Both the position numbers and the translations under genes were made by a program. Below the pieces are notes generated by a model, which worked only from the letters and a program-made list of their open reading frames with translations, ran no database searches and was not told where the DNA came from. A stretch of 64,000 bases of DNA, from positions 1-64,000 of the IMG/VR virus record IMGVR_UViG_3300010051_000550. The stretch is one strand, 5' to 3'. The stretch comes from a virus (Duplodnaviria > Caudoviricetes). Shown piece by piece: positions 1 to 8,903 of this stretch; the first letter of the stretch is position 1, and every line of letters begins with the position of its first letter.

Positions 1-987
1 CTAGACGCCGAAGAGCCGGCGCATCTCGTCGAGTTCGCCGGGATCGGGCGCTGCGGCGTAGTGGGGTGAAACGATGGCGCGGCTGGCGTCATCCTCGTCG
101 GGGTGGTGGTAGAAGGCGATGGCGGTGGCCGGTTGCTGCCAGTCGCGGTGGTTCAGCAGGATCGCCGCCACCTTCGGGCCGAATTGCCGGGTCGTCAGAT
201 CGCCGAGGCGGTGGCGGAGGGCGTGGCTGCGAATGTACGGCTTCACGCCGGCCGACTTGCAAATGCTGACGTAGATGTGGTCGGCGGCCGAGCGGGTCAG
301 GCCACGGACGGCAACAACCCCGCCTTTCCTCGGCCGCACAGCGTGGATTGTGGTAAAGAACTCAGCCGCGCCGGAGCGCGGCCGTAGCTCTGTCCATCGC
401 TGGAACGCGCCGACGAGATGCGCGGCGACGCGTATGACCACACGTCCGGTTTTCCCTCTCGACGGCATTCTGTAAACGCCGTAGGTGTCCGGCCCGGAAC
501 GCAGGGCCTTGTCCACGGCGGCGGCGCGCAGATACATAATCTCGCCCAGACGCGGGCCTGAGTGGTAGCTCAGCATCCAGATCAGGCCGTCGCGCAGCTG
601 GTGGGGGGTGTCGGATTGGAGCCAGGTCTGGGCCAGGTCGGTCACTCGCTGGACATCCGGCTCAGGCGGCAGCATGTCCTGGCGGTTTGTGGCAAACGTG
701 CCGATCTTCAGGTGCCCAGCGGGCGAGCGTGGAATATCCCCTTTCGATACACAGTAATTGAAGAGCGCTTTGAGCGCCTGCCGGTATCCGGCCACAGTCG
801 CCGGCGCGAGGCCGCGCTGCTTGAGCCGGCTGTGCCAGGCGTTGACGTCAGCGGCCGTTATCTCGCCGGCGGTCTTGTGGCCGTGGTCGGCAAGAAAGGC
901 TTTCAATCTCCGTTGGTAGTTTTGCTGACTGGAATCTGACTGACCACAGGTCTGAAGAAACTCCCGAAACCGATCATCTAACCTCAT
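1..987 (-). CDS. Tyrosine recombinase / phage integrase (XerC/D-like)
   Basis: N-terminal SAM-like core-binding region; catalytic set R (GPRLGEI), K (KTG), HxxR (HALRH), H (NHRD), Y (AFYHH). Confidence 0.9.
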   Translation of the reverse strand: MRLDDRFREFLQTCGQSDSSQQNYQRRLKAFLADHGHKTAGEITAADVNAWHSRLKQRGLAPATVAGYRQALKALFNYCVSKGDIPRSPAGHLKIGTFATNRQDMLPPEPDVQRVTDLAQTWLQSDTPHQLRDGLIWMLSYHSGPRLGEIMYLRAAAVDKALRSGPDTYGVYRMPSRGKTGRVVIRVAAHLVGAFQRWTELRPRSGAAEFFTTIHAVRPRKGGVVAVRGLTRSAADHIYVSICKSAGVKPYIRSHALRHRLGDLTTRQFGPKVAAILLNHRDWQQPATAIAFYHHPDEDDASRAIVSPHYAAAPDPGELDEMRRLFGV

Positions 988-1054
988 CTATTCCGCCTCC
1001 AGGCAGGGGTTTGTCTGCACCCGTCTTCTGCTCCTTGTTGAAGGCGTGCGGAAA

Positions 1055-1096
1055 TTGGCCGTGCCGGTGCTCTCCCAAGGACCCCGGCACGGTCAA
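1055..1096. promoter_or_regulatory. 13-bp inverted repeat in the divergent int / early-operon intergenic region
   Basis: TTGGCCGTGCCGG (1055-1067) and CCGGCACGGTCAA (1084-1096), 1 mismatch, next to an AT-rich tract. Confidence 0.45.
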
Positions 1097-1140
1097 ATTA
1101 AATCATAAGTAAATGGCGCGTCAAGAAACGCGCGAAAAGG

Positions 1141-1494
1141 ATGCCCATGAACAAAAAAGCAACCGGCGCAAGAGTGTTTTTGCTCCTCACCAGTCTGTTG
1201 TACGACCGCGCAGTCATACGGCGCGGCGAGAGACAGGGGTGGCTGGAGCCGTTCACGGCTTTGTCCGTGGTGGTCGGCGTGCTGTACACGCTGCTGGGTG
1301 TTTGGCTGGTGGATCGGCGGGCGGCCGTGACGGTCTTCTGGGCGTTCGTCTTCTCGGGGACGCCGATGATTTTGGGCGACCTGGAGCGGTATCTGGAGCG
1401 CGTCCGAAACGGCGACGATGCGCTGTCGTCTCTGGCGGCCAAGTACGGGAGGGGTTGCATTGAACCCAAACACGCAGGGACTGTCAACGAATAG
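1141..1494 (+). CDS. Small membrane protein, 2-3 TM segments
   Basis: Hydrophobic stretches FTALSVVVGVLYTLLGVWLV and AAVTVFWAFVFSGTPMILG; first gene of the rightward operon. Confidence 0.65.
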   Translation: MPMNKKATGARVFLLLTSLLYDRAVIRRGERQGWLEPFTALSVVVGVLYTLLGVWLVDRRAAVTVFWAFVFSGTPMILGDLERYLERVRNGDDALSSLAAKYGRGCIEPKHAGTVNE

Positions 1495-1759
1495 TCAGGG
1501 CGAGGCCGTGCTGCTCTCGACGTTGATGGAGCTTCTTGACGTGAAGCAGGAGGCATTCCGGGATCTCGGCCGCGCGTTGGTGGTGGCCAGGGATACGCTG
1601 CAACCGTTGGCGGATAACAAACCGCTGAGCATGCCGGCGCAACGAGCGCTGGTCACGATGGCGCTGATGTCGCTGAGTCAGGCGGCAGAGGCATTCGATG
1701 AGTTAGCCGCAATTGGCGAGTCGCGAGACGAATTGCGCCAGCGGCAGGGAGGGGGTTGA
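1418..1759 (+). CDS. Hypothetical helical protein
   Basis: ORF with phage-like codon use chained between neighbours; start uncertain. Confidence 0.55.
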   Translation: MRCRLWRPSTGGVALNPNTQGLSTNSQGEAVLLSTLMELLDVKQEAFRDLGRALVVARDTLQPLADNKPLSMPAQRALVTMALMSLSQAAEAFDELAAIGESRDELRQRQGGG

Positions 1760-2804
1760 GGTGCACATCGTACCTAACTCATACCAGAAGCCGAATCTGT
1801 ACACGGATAAGTTGATGGCTTATCTGACCGGCGACGAATGGAAGACGCTGGACTATGCGCTCAGGAGAACGTTCGGGTTCCAGAAGCAGCGCGACCGGAT
1901 TAGCGTCAGCCAGTTCATGAACGGTAACGGCCGTCTGGACGATGAAGGCGCGCCGGTCGAGCTGGGAACCGGCTTGTCGCGGCCGGCGCAGATTCAGGCG
2001 TTGAACGAGCTGATGCGCTTCGGGATTCTTATTGAGATCGCCCCCGACTCACAGAAGCGCGGCCGTTTGTGGATGCTCCAGTTGGATGAGTCGCTCATCC
2101 GCTTCGACCTGCTCAGCGAACGCGCGTCGGAGCAGAAGGCGCTCGGCCGGCAGCGCACTGCCAAGGCGCGGGCAAGCCGGCCGACTGCTGCGGCGGCTAT
2201 CGGTCAGTCAGACATACCAGTGGAATCGGTTAGTCCCACTAACCAACATCGGTTAGTCCCACTAACCAACATCGGTCAGTCCGACTTACCAGTATCGGTT
2301 AGTCCAGCTAACCCACAGAAACCCAGAAGAAACAAAGGAGAAACCCAGAGAGAAAGCCAGTCCGAAGCGGGCGAGGCGGCCGTCGTCAGCGCGTGGCGGT
2401 TGCTGGTGAATCTATGCGGTGGCAATGAAGCGGTCGCGACGGATGTGTGGCGGCTTCAGGAGAAGTTCACGATGGTGACGCGGCTCAAGCGCCCGGACCC
2501 GGCGACGGACGCGGGGAGAGAGAAGCTGGTGAGCGAGTGGTGGCCGCATTTGCGCCAGGTGCTGGCTGAGGCCGACGACGATCTGGCCGTGGCCGAGGCG
2601 GCGATGCAGGAGGCTTTCCAGTCGATGACGGAGCGGCCGAAGCCGCTGACCGTGAGCGGGCCTCGCTCAATCGTGAACGTGACGAATGCGGTGCTGGCGG
2701 GGAAGCGTCGGGGGCCGAACGTCGGCGCGGGGAAGCAGCGGCCGAAGGGGTTTGCGGGGCTGGAGGCATATGCCAGCAGGCGAGGGCTGAACAATGGCAG
2801 TTGA
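1713..2804 (+). CDS. Replication initiator (lambda O / replisome-organiser-like)
   Basis: N-terminal wHTH signature LTGDEWKTLDYALRRTFGFQKQRDRISVSQF; central iteron-encoded repeats; start uncertain. Confidence 0.85.
   Translation: MASRETNCASGREGVEVHIVPNSYQKPNLYTDKLMAYLTGDEWKTLDYALRRTFGFQKQRDRISVSQFMNGNGRLDDEGAPVELGTGLSRPAQIQALNELMRFGILIEIAPDSQKRGRLWMLQLDESLIRFDLLSERASEQKALGRQRTAKARASRPTAAAAIGQSDIPVESVSPTNQHRLVPLTNIGQSDLPVSVSPANPQKPRRNKGETQRESQSEAGEAAVVSAWRLLVNLCGGNEAVATDVWRLQEKFTMVTRLKRPDPATDAGREKLVSEWWPHLRQVLAEADDDLAVAEAAMQEAFQSMTERPKPLTVSGPRSIVNVTNAVLAGKRRGPNVGAGKQRPKGFAGLEAYASRRGLNNGS
2199..2316. repeat. Iteron array, putative replication origin
   Basis: ATCGGT(T/C)AGTC units at 2199, 2225, 2248, 2271, 2294 (23-bp period); central copies contain the dyad GGTTAGT-ccc-ACTAACC. 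Confidence 0.85.
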
Positions 2805-3288
2805 TTACGAAGAGTATTGGGTACCGGCCAGCGAGGCGGAAGTGATGTGCATCATGGGGTACATGGTGGCGGCGTGGCCGAGGCAGGAGATTCCGGTGCA
2901 GACAGTGGCGGTTTACGTCGTGCAGATGCTGCGGAGCGGGCTGGCGGCGGATGTGCTGCTGCTGGCGGCGATGGCGCTGGTCGACGTCTCGACGTTTTTC
3001 CCCAGTGTGGCGGAGTGGCGGGCGAAGGCGGAGGAGATTCAGTCGCACCTGAAAATGTGGCTGGTGTCTTCGAACTACCTGAACCACGGCGAGGAGTGGC
3101 CGCTGCGGTTGCCGCCGGGGATGAAGGAAACGGTTATTGAACAAGGCAGGTTGTTTTTGGAGGTGGACGATGAGCAGGAAGGTTTTTTTCGACTACAGGG
3201 CTCTGCCGCTGGAGGAGATCGCGGAGCGCTACCAGCGCGGCGAGTCGTGGCGGGCGCTGGCGGTAGCTTACGGCTGTCCGGACGATAA
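2794..3288 (+). CDS. Helicase loader/inhibitor-like protein (SPP1 G39P-like)
   Basis: Directly after the initiator; motif ...STFFPSVAEWR is typical of this family. Confidence 0.55.
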   Translation: MAVDYEEYWVPASEAEVMCIMGYMVAAWPRQEIPVQTVAVYVVQMLRSGLAADVLLLAAMALVDVSTFFPSVAEWRAKAEEIQSHLKMWLVSSNYLNHGEEWPLRLPPGMKETVIEQGRLFLEVDDEQEGFFRLQGSAAGGDRGALPARRVVAGAGGSLRLSGR

Positions 3289-3439
3289 GTCGCTGCAAAC
3301 GCACGTGACGGCGAAGTTCCCGGAGTTGAAGGTGCGGGATCACGCGCAGGCGCAGCGGGCGCGTCGGGAGCGGGAAGGGGCCAAGCGGCGGCGGACGGCG
3401 GCTGAGAAGCCGCAGAGTAAGGGTTGGTGGCAACGATGA
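3170..3439 (+). CDS. Small HTH DNA-binding protein
   Basis: GGAGG RBS before ATG 3170; EEIAERYQRGESWRALAVAYG helix-turn-helix; basic C-terminus. Confidence 0.6.
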   Translation: MSRKVFFDYRALPLEEIAERYQRGESWRALAVAYGCPDDKSLQTHVTAKFPELKVRDHAQAQRARREREGAKRRRTAAEKPQSKGWWQR

Positions 3440-4899
3440 GACGGGAAATTTCGAGACGGGAGTTTTTGGGGTTGGGCGCGGCTGCTGCGGCTGCTGCGGC
3501 GTTAGGGCTGGGGCCTCTGCGAGGCGGGCCGGCATGGGCGGCTGCGCTCGGCGACGTGCCGGCGGATGAACTCCCTGTTGACGGCGGTGGCCGGGTGGAG
3601 CGGCCGAACATCCTGCACATCATGACTGATGATCAGGATTATCAGTCATGGGCGGAGAAGTACACGCTGGTAGATCGGCGTGGGGAGGCGCTGCTCGATG
3701 CCGACGGCAATCCGCGCCAGGAGTACGCGATGCGTTTCGCACGCAGCTTTCCCGAGGGCGGGTGGACGGACTTCACGCAGCATACCTGCACCAGCGCGAT
3801 CTGCGCTCCGTCGCGGGCGGCGATTCTGTCGGGCGTGCCGGCCAGGGAGCACGGAGTGACGAGGAACGGCCTCATCGGCAACCTGGACGAGACAAACACG
3901 CTGGCGACGTGGCTGGCGGCGGCAGGCTACCGGACGCATCTGCTGGGCAAGTACTCGTTCGGCAAAGGCGGCCGCAAGCACCCGACGCCGCCGGGCTGGA
4001 CGACTTTTCAAGGGCGTGGCGGGTTGGCGAGGTGGATTTTCCAGAAGGGGGCGGAGGAAATTTACCGGTCGGCGGCCGACGCGGAGCCGTGGGCTATGTT
4101 CCTGTGGCCGGTGGACCCGCATCGGCGGGCCAAGCCTGAGGCGAAAAACGCAAAGATTGCCCTGCGACCGCCGGCGCTGCCGGAGAACATCAACGAGGCG
4201 GACATGAGCGATAAGCCGAGCTGGGTTCGCAACGCGAAGATGCTGCCGGTTGGGAAGCTGCGCGCGGCCGAGCGGGAGCGGGTTCGCGGCTATCAGGCGT
4301 TGATGGGCGTGGATCAGGGGATTGAGCAGGTGATCAATGCGCTTAAGGCCACGGGGCAGTTTGAACGGACGATCATCATCATCACGGCCGATAACGGGGA
4401 GAGCTGGGGCAGCCACCGGCAATTCCACAAGGACATGATCTATGACGAAGCGGCGCGCGTGCCGCTGGCGATCCGCGTGCCGTGGCTGCAGGAGAATCGG
4501 GCCGAGGGCCGGGTGGTCTCGTCGCTGGATGTGACGGCGACGATTGTGGAAGCGTGCGGGCTGTCGGCCGGCCGGCCGCTGATGGGGAACAGTCTGCTGC
4601 CGATCATTGAGGATGGCGCAGCTCCCTGGGAGGGCGCGGCTTATGTGGAGAGCCACGGCAGTCCGGGGACGAGGGGTAAGGGACGCCCGGCGTTCAAGGG
4701 GCTGCGGGTCGGCGGCGATGCATGGGGGCACTACAGCTATGCGTGGTACCCGGACACGGACGAGGTGGAACTGTATGACCGGACGGCCGACCCGGCGCAG
4801 TTAGAGAACTTGGCCGGGCGTGCGGAGTACGCGGCCGTGCGGGTCGCGCTGGAGGCGAGGCTGGCCGAGTTTTTAGGACGGGCAGGGTATCAGAGTTAG
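3436..4899 (+). CDS. Tat-exported Cys-type sulfatase (N-acetylglucosamine-6-sulfatase-like)
   Basis: Twin-arginine signal SRREFLGLGAAAA...AWA; RPNILHIMTDDQ; CAPSR formylglycine motif; GKY; TADNG; ELYD...DP.QLENLA C-terminus. Confidence 0.92.
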   Translation: MRREISRREFLGLGAAAAAAAALGLGPLRGGPAWAAALGDVPADELPVDGGGRVERPNILHIMTDDQDYQSWAEKYTLVDRRGEALLDADGNPRQEYAMRFARSFPEGGWTDFTQHTCTSAICAPSRAAILSGVPAREHGVTRNGLIGNLDETNTLATWLAAAGYRTHLLGKYSFGKGGRKHPTPPGWTTFQGRGGLARWIFQKGAEEIYRSAADAEPWAMFLWPVDPHRRAKPEAKNAKIALRPPALPENINEADMSDKPSWVRNAKMLPVGKLRAAERERVRGYQALMGVDQGIEQVINALKATGQFERTIIIITADNGESWGSHRQFHKDMIYDEAARVPLAIRVPWLQENRAEGRVVSSLDVTATIVEACGLSAGRPLMGNSLLPIIEDGAAPWEGAAYVESHGSPGTRGKGRPAFKGLRVGGDAWGHYSYAWYPDTDEVELYDRTADPAQLENLAGRAEYAAVRVALEARLAEFLGRAGYQS

Positions 4900-4935
4900 G
4901 CGTTTGCGCGCCAACATTTAAAGGAGACAAAGACC

Positions 4936-6687
4936 ATGTTGGTTCACGTACCTATTGGACAGATCGACGATAACCCATTTCAAAAGCGCCAGGACTATGG
5001 CGATGTCGAGAGTCTCGCGGCCGACATCCAGCAGCGCGGGCTGCTACAGATCCCTCGCGGTCGAATACTTGACCACAACGCTCAGTGCATCACGCCTGAG
5101 GGGTCCCTGTCGATCACAGAACTCTTCGACCTGCGCGGTTATCGCGTCCAGCTGGCTTTTGGCCACCGGCGGCTGCGGGCGTTCCGTCATCTCAGCGAGA
5201 CGGCCGCAGGATGGAATACCATGCCGGTTTACATCGAGGCCCTCGACGACGACGCCATGCTCGACGCGGTATGGAGCGAAAACCAGCACCGCAGCGACAT
5301 CAACGCCATCGAGCAGGCCGAGCTACTGGCCGCCAAGCTCGAACGCGCCCGCGCTGACGGCGGCAACCAAACCACCGTCGCGGCCGAATGGCGGCTCGAC
5401 CGCAGCACCATCGCTAACAAGCTGCGCCTGCTGGAACTGCCGGCCGAAGTCCAGACGGCTGTCCGCGAGCGTCGGCTCTCTGAGCGACAGGCGCTGGCGC
5501 TATTGGGCGTCAAGGGCTTCGCGCAGCGCCTCAACGGAACCGAGGGCGTCCAGTGGTCGGCGGTCAAAGACCTTCATTACGGCTCGCCGCCTTCCCCTGA
5601 GACGTTCGTTGCTCTCGTCGTGGCCGACCCCGAAAGCTACACCAGCGACCGCATCCGCGACTACGTCGGCCGCGCCAGTCGGCACGCCGGTGAGGACTTG
5701 CCCGAGCCAATCGCCCTGACGCCGGTGGAGGCCGACGGCGTGGTGCAGCCGCTCTGCAAGGGCTGCCCGAAACGCTATGACCAATACTGCCTGCACCGGC
5801 CGTGCCTGGTCGTCAAGCAGCGAGCCATCGCCGAGCGAGCTGCCCGCACCGCGGCCGAGGATTTGGGGCTCCCCTACTCCGACGATCCGGAGCATTTCAA
5901 ATACTTTGACCGCTGGGATCGCAAGACCACGCTCAGGGAACTGCACAAGGCCAACATTACCGAAAATCTGGTCATCGGCTACAGCCTCGACTACGACGGC
6001 GGGGCCAGGCTCCATGACGACGGCTACAACCTGGCAAATATGTGGGTCGACGACGCACGAAAAACGGTCGTGCTCGGCCACCGGTTAGGTAAGCCCACGG
6101 CTGAGGAGTTGGCCTCGTTGCGCTCCGCGCCGGCCGATGAAGACGCCGAAGGCCCCGGACGGTCCTTGGTGGACTTCTGGAACAAGATGCGCCAGCAGAC
6201 CTGGGCTGCGCGAGAAGTGCGCGGCCAGGCGGCCGTGCGCGCGGTGCTCCACGACGGCATTGTCGACGACCGCGTGTGGCGCGTGCTCCACACAATGTTC
6301 ACCTGGGCGGGCGACTGGGGCCGGGTTACTGAGGTCGGGCAAGGGGAGGCCCTTCAGGCCATGTGGGACAGGATGTCAACCCCACTCTCCGATCTGGAGC
6401 GGTGGGTCGCGTTCCTGACGGCCGCTGGACTGAATCCCCACGCGGCCGAGTCGAATGACGAGCCGACGCGCCTCCGCGAGGCCGTTTATGACCTGGTATG
6501 GGCATGGTATCGAACCGCGGGCGACTACAGCCGGTGGCGAATCGCCTCGGACGTCGTGGCCCTCTGCGACGCGCTGGACGCCCATCCCAACGCGCTGCTG
6601 ACCGATGAGGCCCGCCTCGCGGCCGACTGGCTGCGCCGCGCCCGGCCGGAAGCCGAGCAATTGATGACGGAAAAGGAGAACTCATGA
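4936..6687 (+). CDS. ParB/Srx-like N-terminal domain protein with HTH and long C-terminal extension
   Basis: PIGQIDDNPFQKR, GHRRLRAF, ENQHRSDINAIEQA, HTH QTTVAAEWRLDRSTIANKLRLL. Confidence 0.85.
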   Translation: MLVHVPIGQIDDNPFQKRQDYGDVESLAADIQQRGLLQIPRGRILDHNAQCITPEGSLSITELFDLRGYRVQLAFGHRRLRAFRHLSETAAGWNTMPVYIEALDDDAMLDAVWSENQHRSDINAIEQAELLAAKLERARADGGNQTTVAAEWRLDRSTIANKLRLLELPAEVQTAVRERRLSERQALALLGVKGFAQRLNGTEGVQWSAVKDLHYGSPPSPETFVALVVADPESYTSDRIRDYVGRASRHAGEDLPEPIALTPVEADGVVQPLCKGCPKRYDQYCLHRPCLVVKQRAIAERAARTAAEDLGLPYSDDPEHFKYFDRWDRKTTLRELHKANITENLVIGYSLDYDGGARLHDDGYNLANMWVDDARKTVVLGHRLGKPTAEELASLRSAPADEDAEGPGRSLVDFWNKMRQQTWAAREVRGQAAVRAVLHDGIVDDRVWRVLHTMFTWAGDWGRVTEVGQGEALQAMWDRMSTPLSDLERWVAFLTAAGLNPHAAESNDEPTRLREAVYDLVWAWYRTAGDYSRWRIASDVVALCDALDAHPNALLTDEARLAADWLRRARPEAEQLMTEKENS

Positions 6688-6710
6688 CCATCCGAAAATT
6701 GTAGCCAGGA

Positions 6711-6959
6711 ATGAGCAGGAAAGAGGCCGTTCGGGGGTATCTAAGGATCGCGGCCGAGTTTCACGATTTGGAAGCGCGTGTCGACGGCATTGATGACATG
6801 GTGGCTATTCAGTGCAGCGACGGCAACTGGAACACCAGCGAGTACATGCGCGGCTTGGCAAACGGCTTGCTGCTGGCACAAGCCATACTTCGCAACCGAG
6901 ATTACGAACCGTTTGGAGTGCCGCCCGCAGCCGAGCACGCCGCTCAGAAGGAGAACTGA
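6711..6959 (+). CDS. Hypothetical protein
   Basis: AGGA RBS; TGATG coupling to the next gene. Confidence 0.6.
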   Translation: MSRKEAVRGYLRIAAEFHDLEARVDGIDDMVAIQCSDGNWNTSEYMRGLANGLLLAQAILRNRDYEPFGVPPAAEHAAQKEN

Positions 6960-7219
6960 TGAAGCGACAGATCGAAACCATCCACTATCTCATCATCGTG
7001 GCCCTCGCGGCCGCAGCCTTGGCCATCGCCGTATGGGCCTACGCCGGCGCGGCCGGTGACGCGGCCGAGCCGACCTACACGCCGCCCAGCGTGCCGACCG
7101 CCGGCTATCCCGGCCCCGACCCGTATCCCGCGCCCTACCCGGCACCCTATCCCGCGCCGGTGTTCCTGCCGGCCGTGGTCGATGGGGAGGCGTATCCGAT
7201 TGTCCGCAGCCGGCCGTGA
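6959..7219 (+). CDS. Small exported or membrane-anchored Pro/Tyr-rich protein
   Basis: Signal/TM YLIIVALAAAALAIAVWAYAG followed by YPGPDPYPAPYPAPYPAP repeats. Confidence 0.65.
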   Translation: MKRQIETIHYLIIVALAAAALAIAVWAYAGAAGDAAEPTYTPPSVPTAGYPGPDPYPAPYPAPYPAPVFLPAVVDGEAYPIVRSRP

Positions 7220-7277
7220 CGGATAACGAGACGGTCGAGGACGGCGTACAGGAAGCACGAGTTCCAGCGGAGCGGAT

Positions 7278-7898
7278 ATGAAAGATCATCAGTTAATTAA
7301 TCAGAACAGCGGCCGGGTGGAGTGGTACACGCCGGCCAATATCATCGAAGCGGCACGAGCAACGATGGGTTGGATCGACCTCGATCCGGCTTCGTCGGCC
7401 GCAGCCAATGAGACGGTCCGTGCCGACCACTTCTTTACAGAGGCCGATAACGGTCTGGCGCAGGTGTGGGCCGGGCGGGTGTGGCTGAACCCGCCATTCT
7501 CAAAGAACGCTCGCTTTATCCCGCGAGTCGTGGGGGAGTTCAACGCCGGACGCATCTCTCAGGCGTGTGTATTGACTTTTGCCTCGCTCGACACCGAGTG
7601 GGCGCGGTTACTGGCCCAATTTCCCCGCTGGTACGCGCCCGGCCGGGTTGCCTATGTGCCCGGTTGGGAGACGCCGGCGGCGCGTCAGTTCGCCCTGCCG
7701 GGTTTGGACGCGCCAGACGCCGATCTCCCCGGCGAGGACGCTCCGCCGAAGGCCTCGATGGTGACGTACCTGGGGCCAGAGGTGTCGCGCTTCGTGTCCG
7801 AGTTCACTGAGCGTTTAGGTGGATGGGTGGATGTGCCGTGGGCATGGCATATCCAGCGTTTCATGTGGCAAAGGAATAGGGAGAGCAGTGATGAATGA
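7278..7898 (+). CDS. Phage DNA N6-adenine methyltransferase (phage Dam-like)
   Basis: EWYTP...IDLDPASS...DNGL..W.GRVWLNPPFS; NPPF catalytic motif. Confidence 0.88.
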   Translation: MKDHQLINQNSGRVEWYTPANIIEAARATMGWIDLDPASSAAANETVRADHFFTEADNGLAQVWAGRVWLNPPFSKNARFIPRVVGEFNAGRISQACVLTFASLDTEWARLLAQFPRWYAPGRVAYVPGWETPAARQFALPGLDAPDADLPGEDAPPKASMVTYLGPEVSRFVSEFTERLGGWVDVPWAWHIQRFMWQRNRESSDE

Positions 7899-7916
7899 TT
7901 ACGAGGAAGGTAGACG

Positions 7917-8282
7917 ATGACGTACTTTGATGTAGGGCAATTGGGAAGGGGAGCTGCGGCCATCGGCCGCATGGTACAGGATTACGACGAGAGGATAGCG
8001 AACCTCGAAGCCGAACGCGACGCCGCTCTAGTCCGCGCCGAACGCGCCGAGGCCGAACGCGACGCGCTGCGGGCGCAGATCGACGCTGAGGGCTGGCGGC
8101 CGGTTGATGGCTTACAAGAGGCCGACAGGACGTACCTGGTGTGGAACGGTATAGAGATGGAGACGGCGTTCTGGATTGATAAAACCAGTTACAGAGGTGG
8201 CTTGTGGGGAAATGGTCACGGTCTTGCCTGGAAAGCCTCTCATTATCGGCCGCTGCCCCCGCCGCCGGCCGAGGAGGAGTGA
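7917..8282 (+). CDS. Hypothetical coiled-coil protein
   Basis: GAGGAAGG RBS; shares both termini with the next gene. Confidence 0.65.
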   Translation: MTYFDVGQLGRGAAAIGRMVQDYDERIANLEAERDAALVRAERAEAERDALRAQIDAEGWRPVDGLQEADRTYLVWNGIEMETAFWIDKTSYRGGLWGNGHGLAWKASHYRPLPPPPAEEE

Positions 8283-8899
8283 TGACGTACTTTGATACAG
8301 GGCAATTACCAATTACGAGGAAGGATGAAATGGGATACATATCGCATCACGCATTCGTTGTCACTGACTATAGCTATGGAGACTGGATAGAGAGAGCACA
8401 CGCCGAGGCGAGGCGCCTCTTCGGACCGCTCGTGTCGGAGATCATTCCATCGATCATCAATGGATATCGGTCGTTCCTCGTAGCCCCGGACGGCAGCAAG
8501 GAAGGTTGGGCGGAGTCAGACGCGGGCGACGCGGCCCGCGCTGCTTTTCGTGAGTGGTTACGCGCCATAGAGTACGACGACCACAGTAGCCCGCTCCACT
8601 GGGTCGAGATTCAGTATGGCGATGATGATTTGGACACCATCATCATTGACGACAGTGACGCAAACCAGCGTTCGCTACAGGCGCAACTTGATGCTGAAGG
8701 CTGGCGGCCGGTCGGTACCGGAGAGTTGCCACCAGGCGAAATCGAGGTGATGACCACCGGGCGATTGGTGAATTCTCCTGACAGTGACCAGCTCGAGCTC
8801 GTAGTAATCAAAGCGCCGTGGGGGAGCAGTCCGTATTGGTGGATAAACGGCAACGATTGGAAATGGCGGCCGTCTCCGCCGCCGACTGAGGAGGCGTAA
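8282..8899 (+). CDS. Hypothetical mosaic protein
   Basis: TGATG coupling; MTYFDTGQL start duplicates the previous gene; alternative in-frame start at 8330. Confidence 0.65.
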   Translation: MTYFDTGQLPITRKDEMGYISHHAFVVTDYSYGDWIERAHAEARRLFGPLVSEIIPSIINGYRSFLVAPDGSKEGWAESDAGDAARAAFREWLRAIEYDDHSSPLHWVEIQYGDDDLDTIIIDDSDANQRSLQAQLDAEGWRPVGTGELPPGEIEVMTTGRLVNSPDSDQLELVVIKAPWGSSPYWWINGNDWKWRPSPPPTEEA

Positions 8900-8903
8900 C
8901 CTC

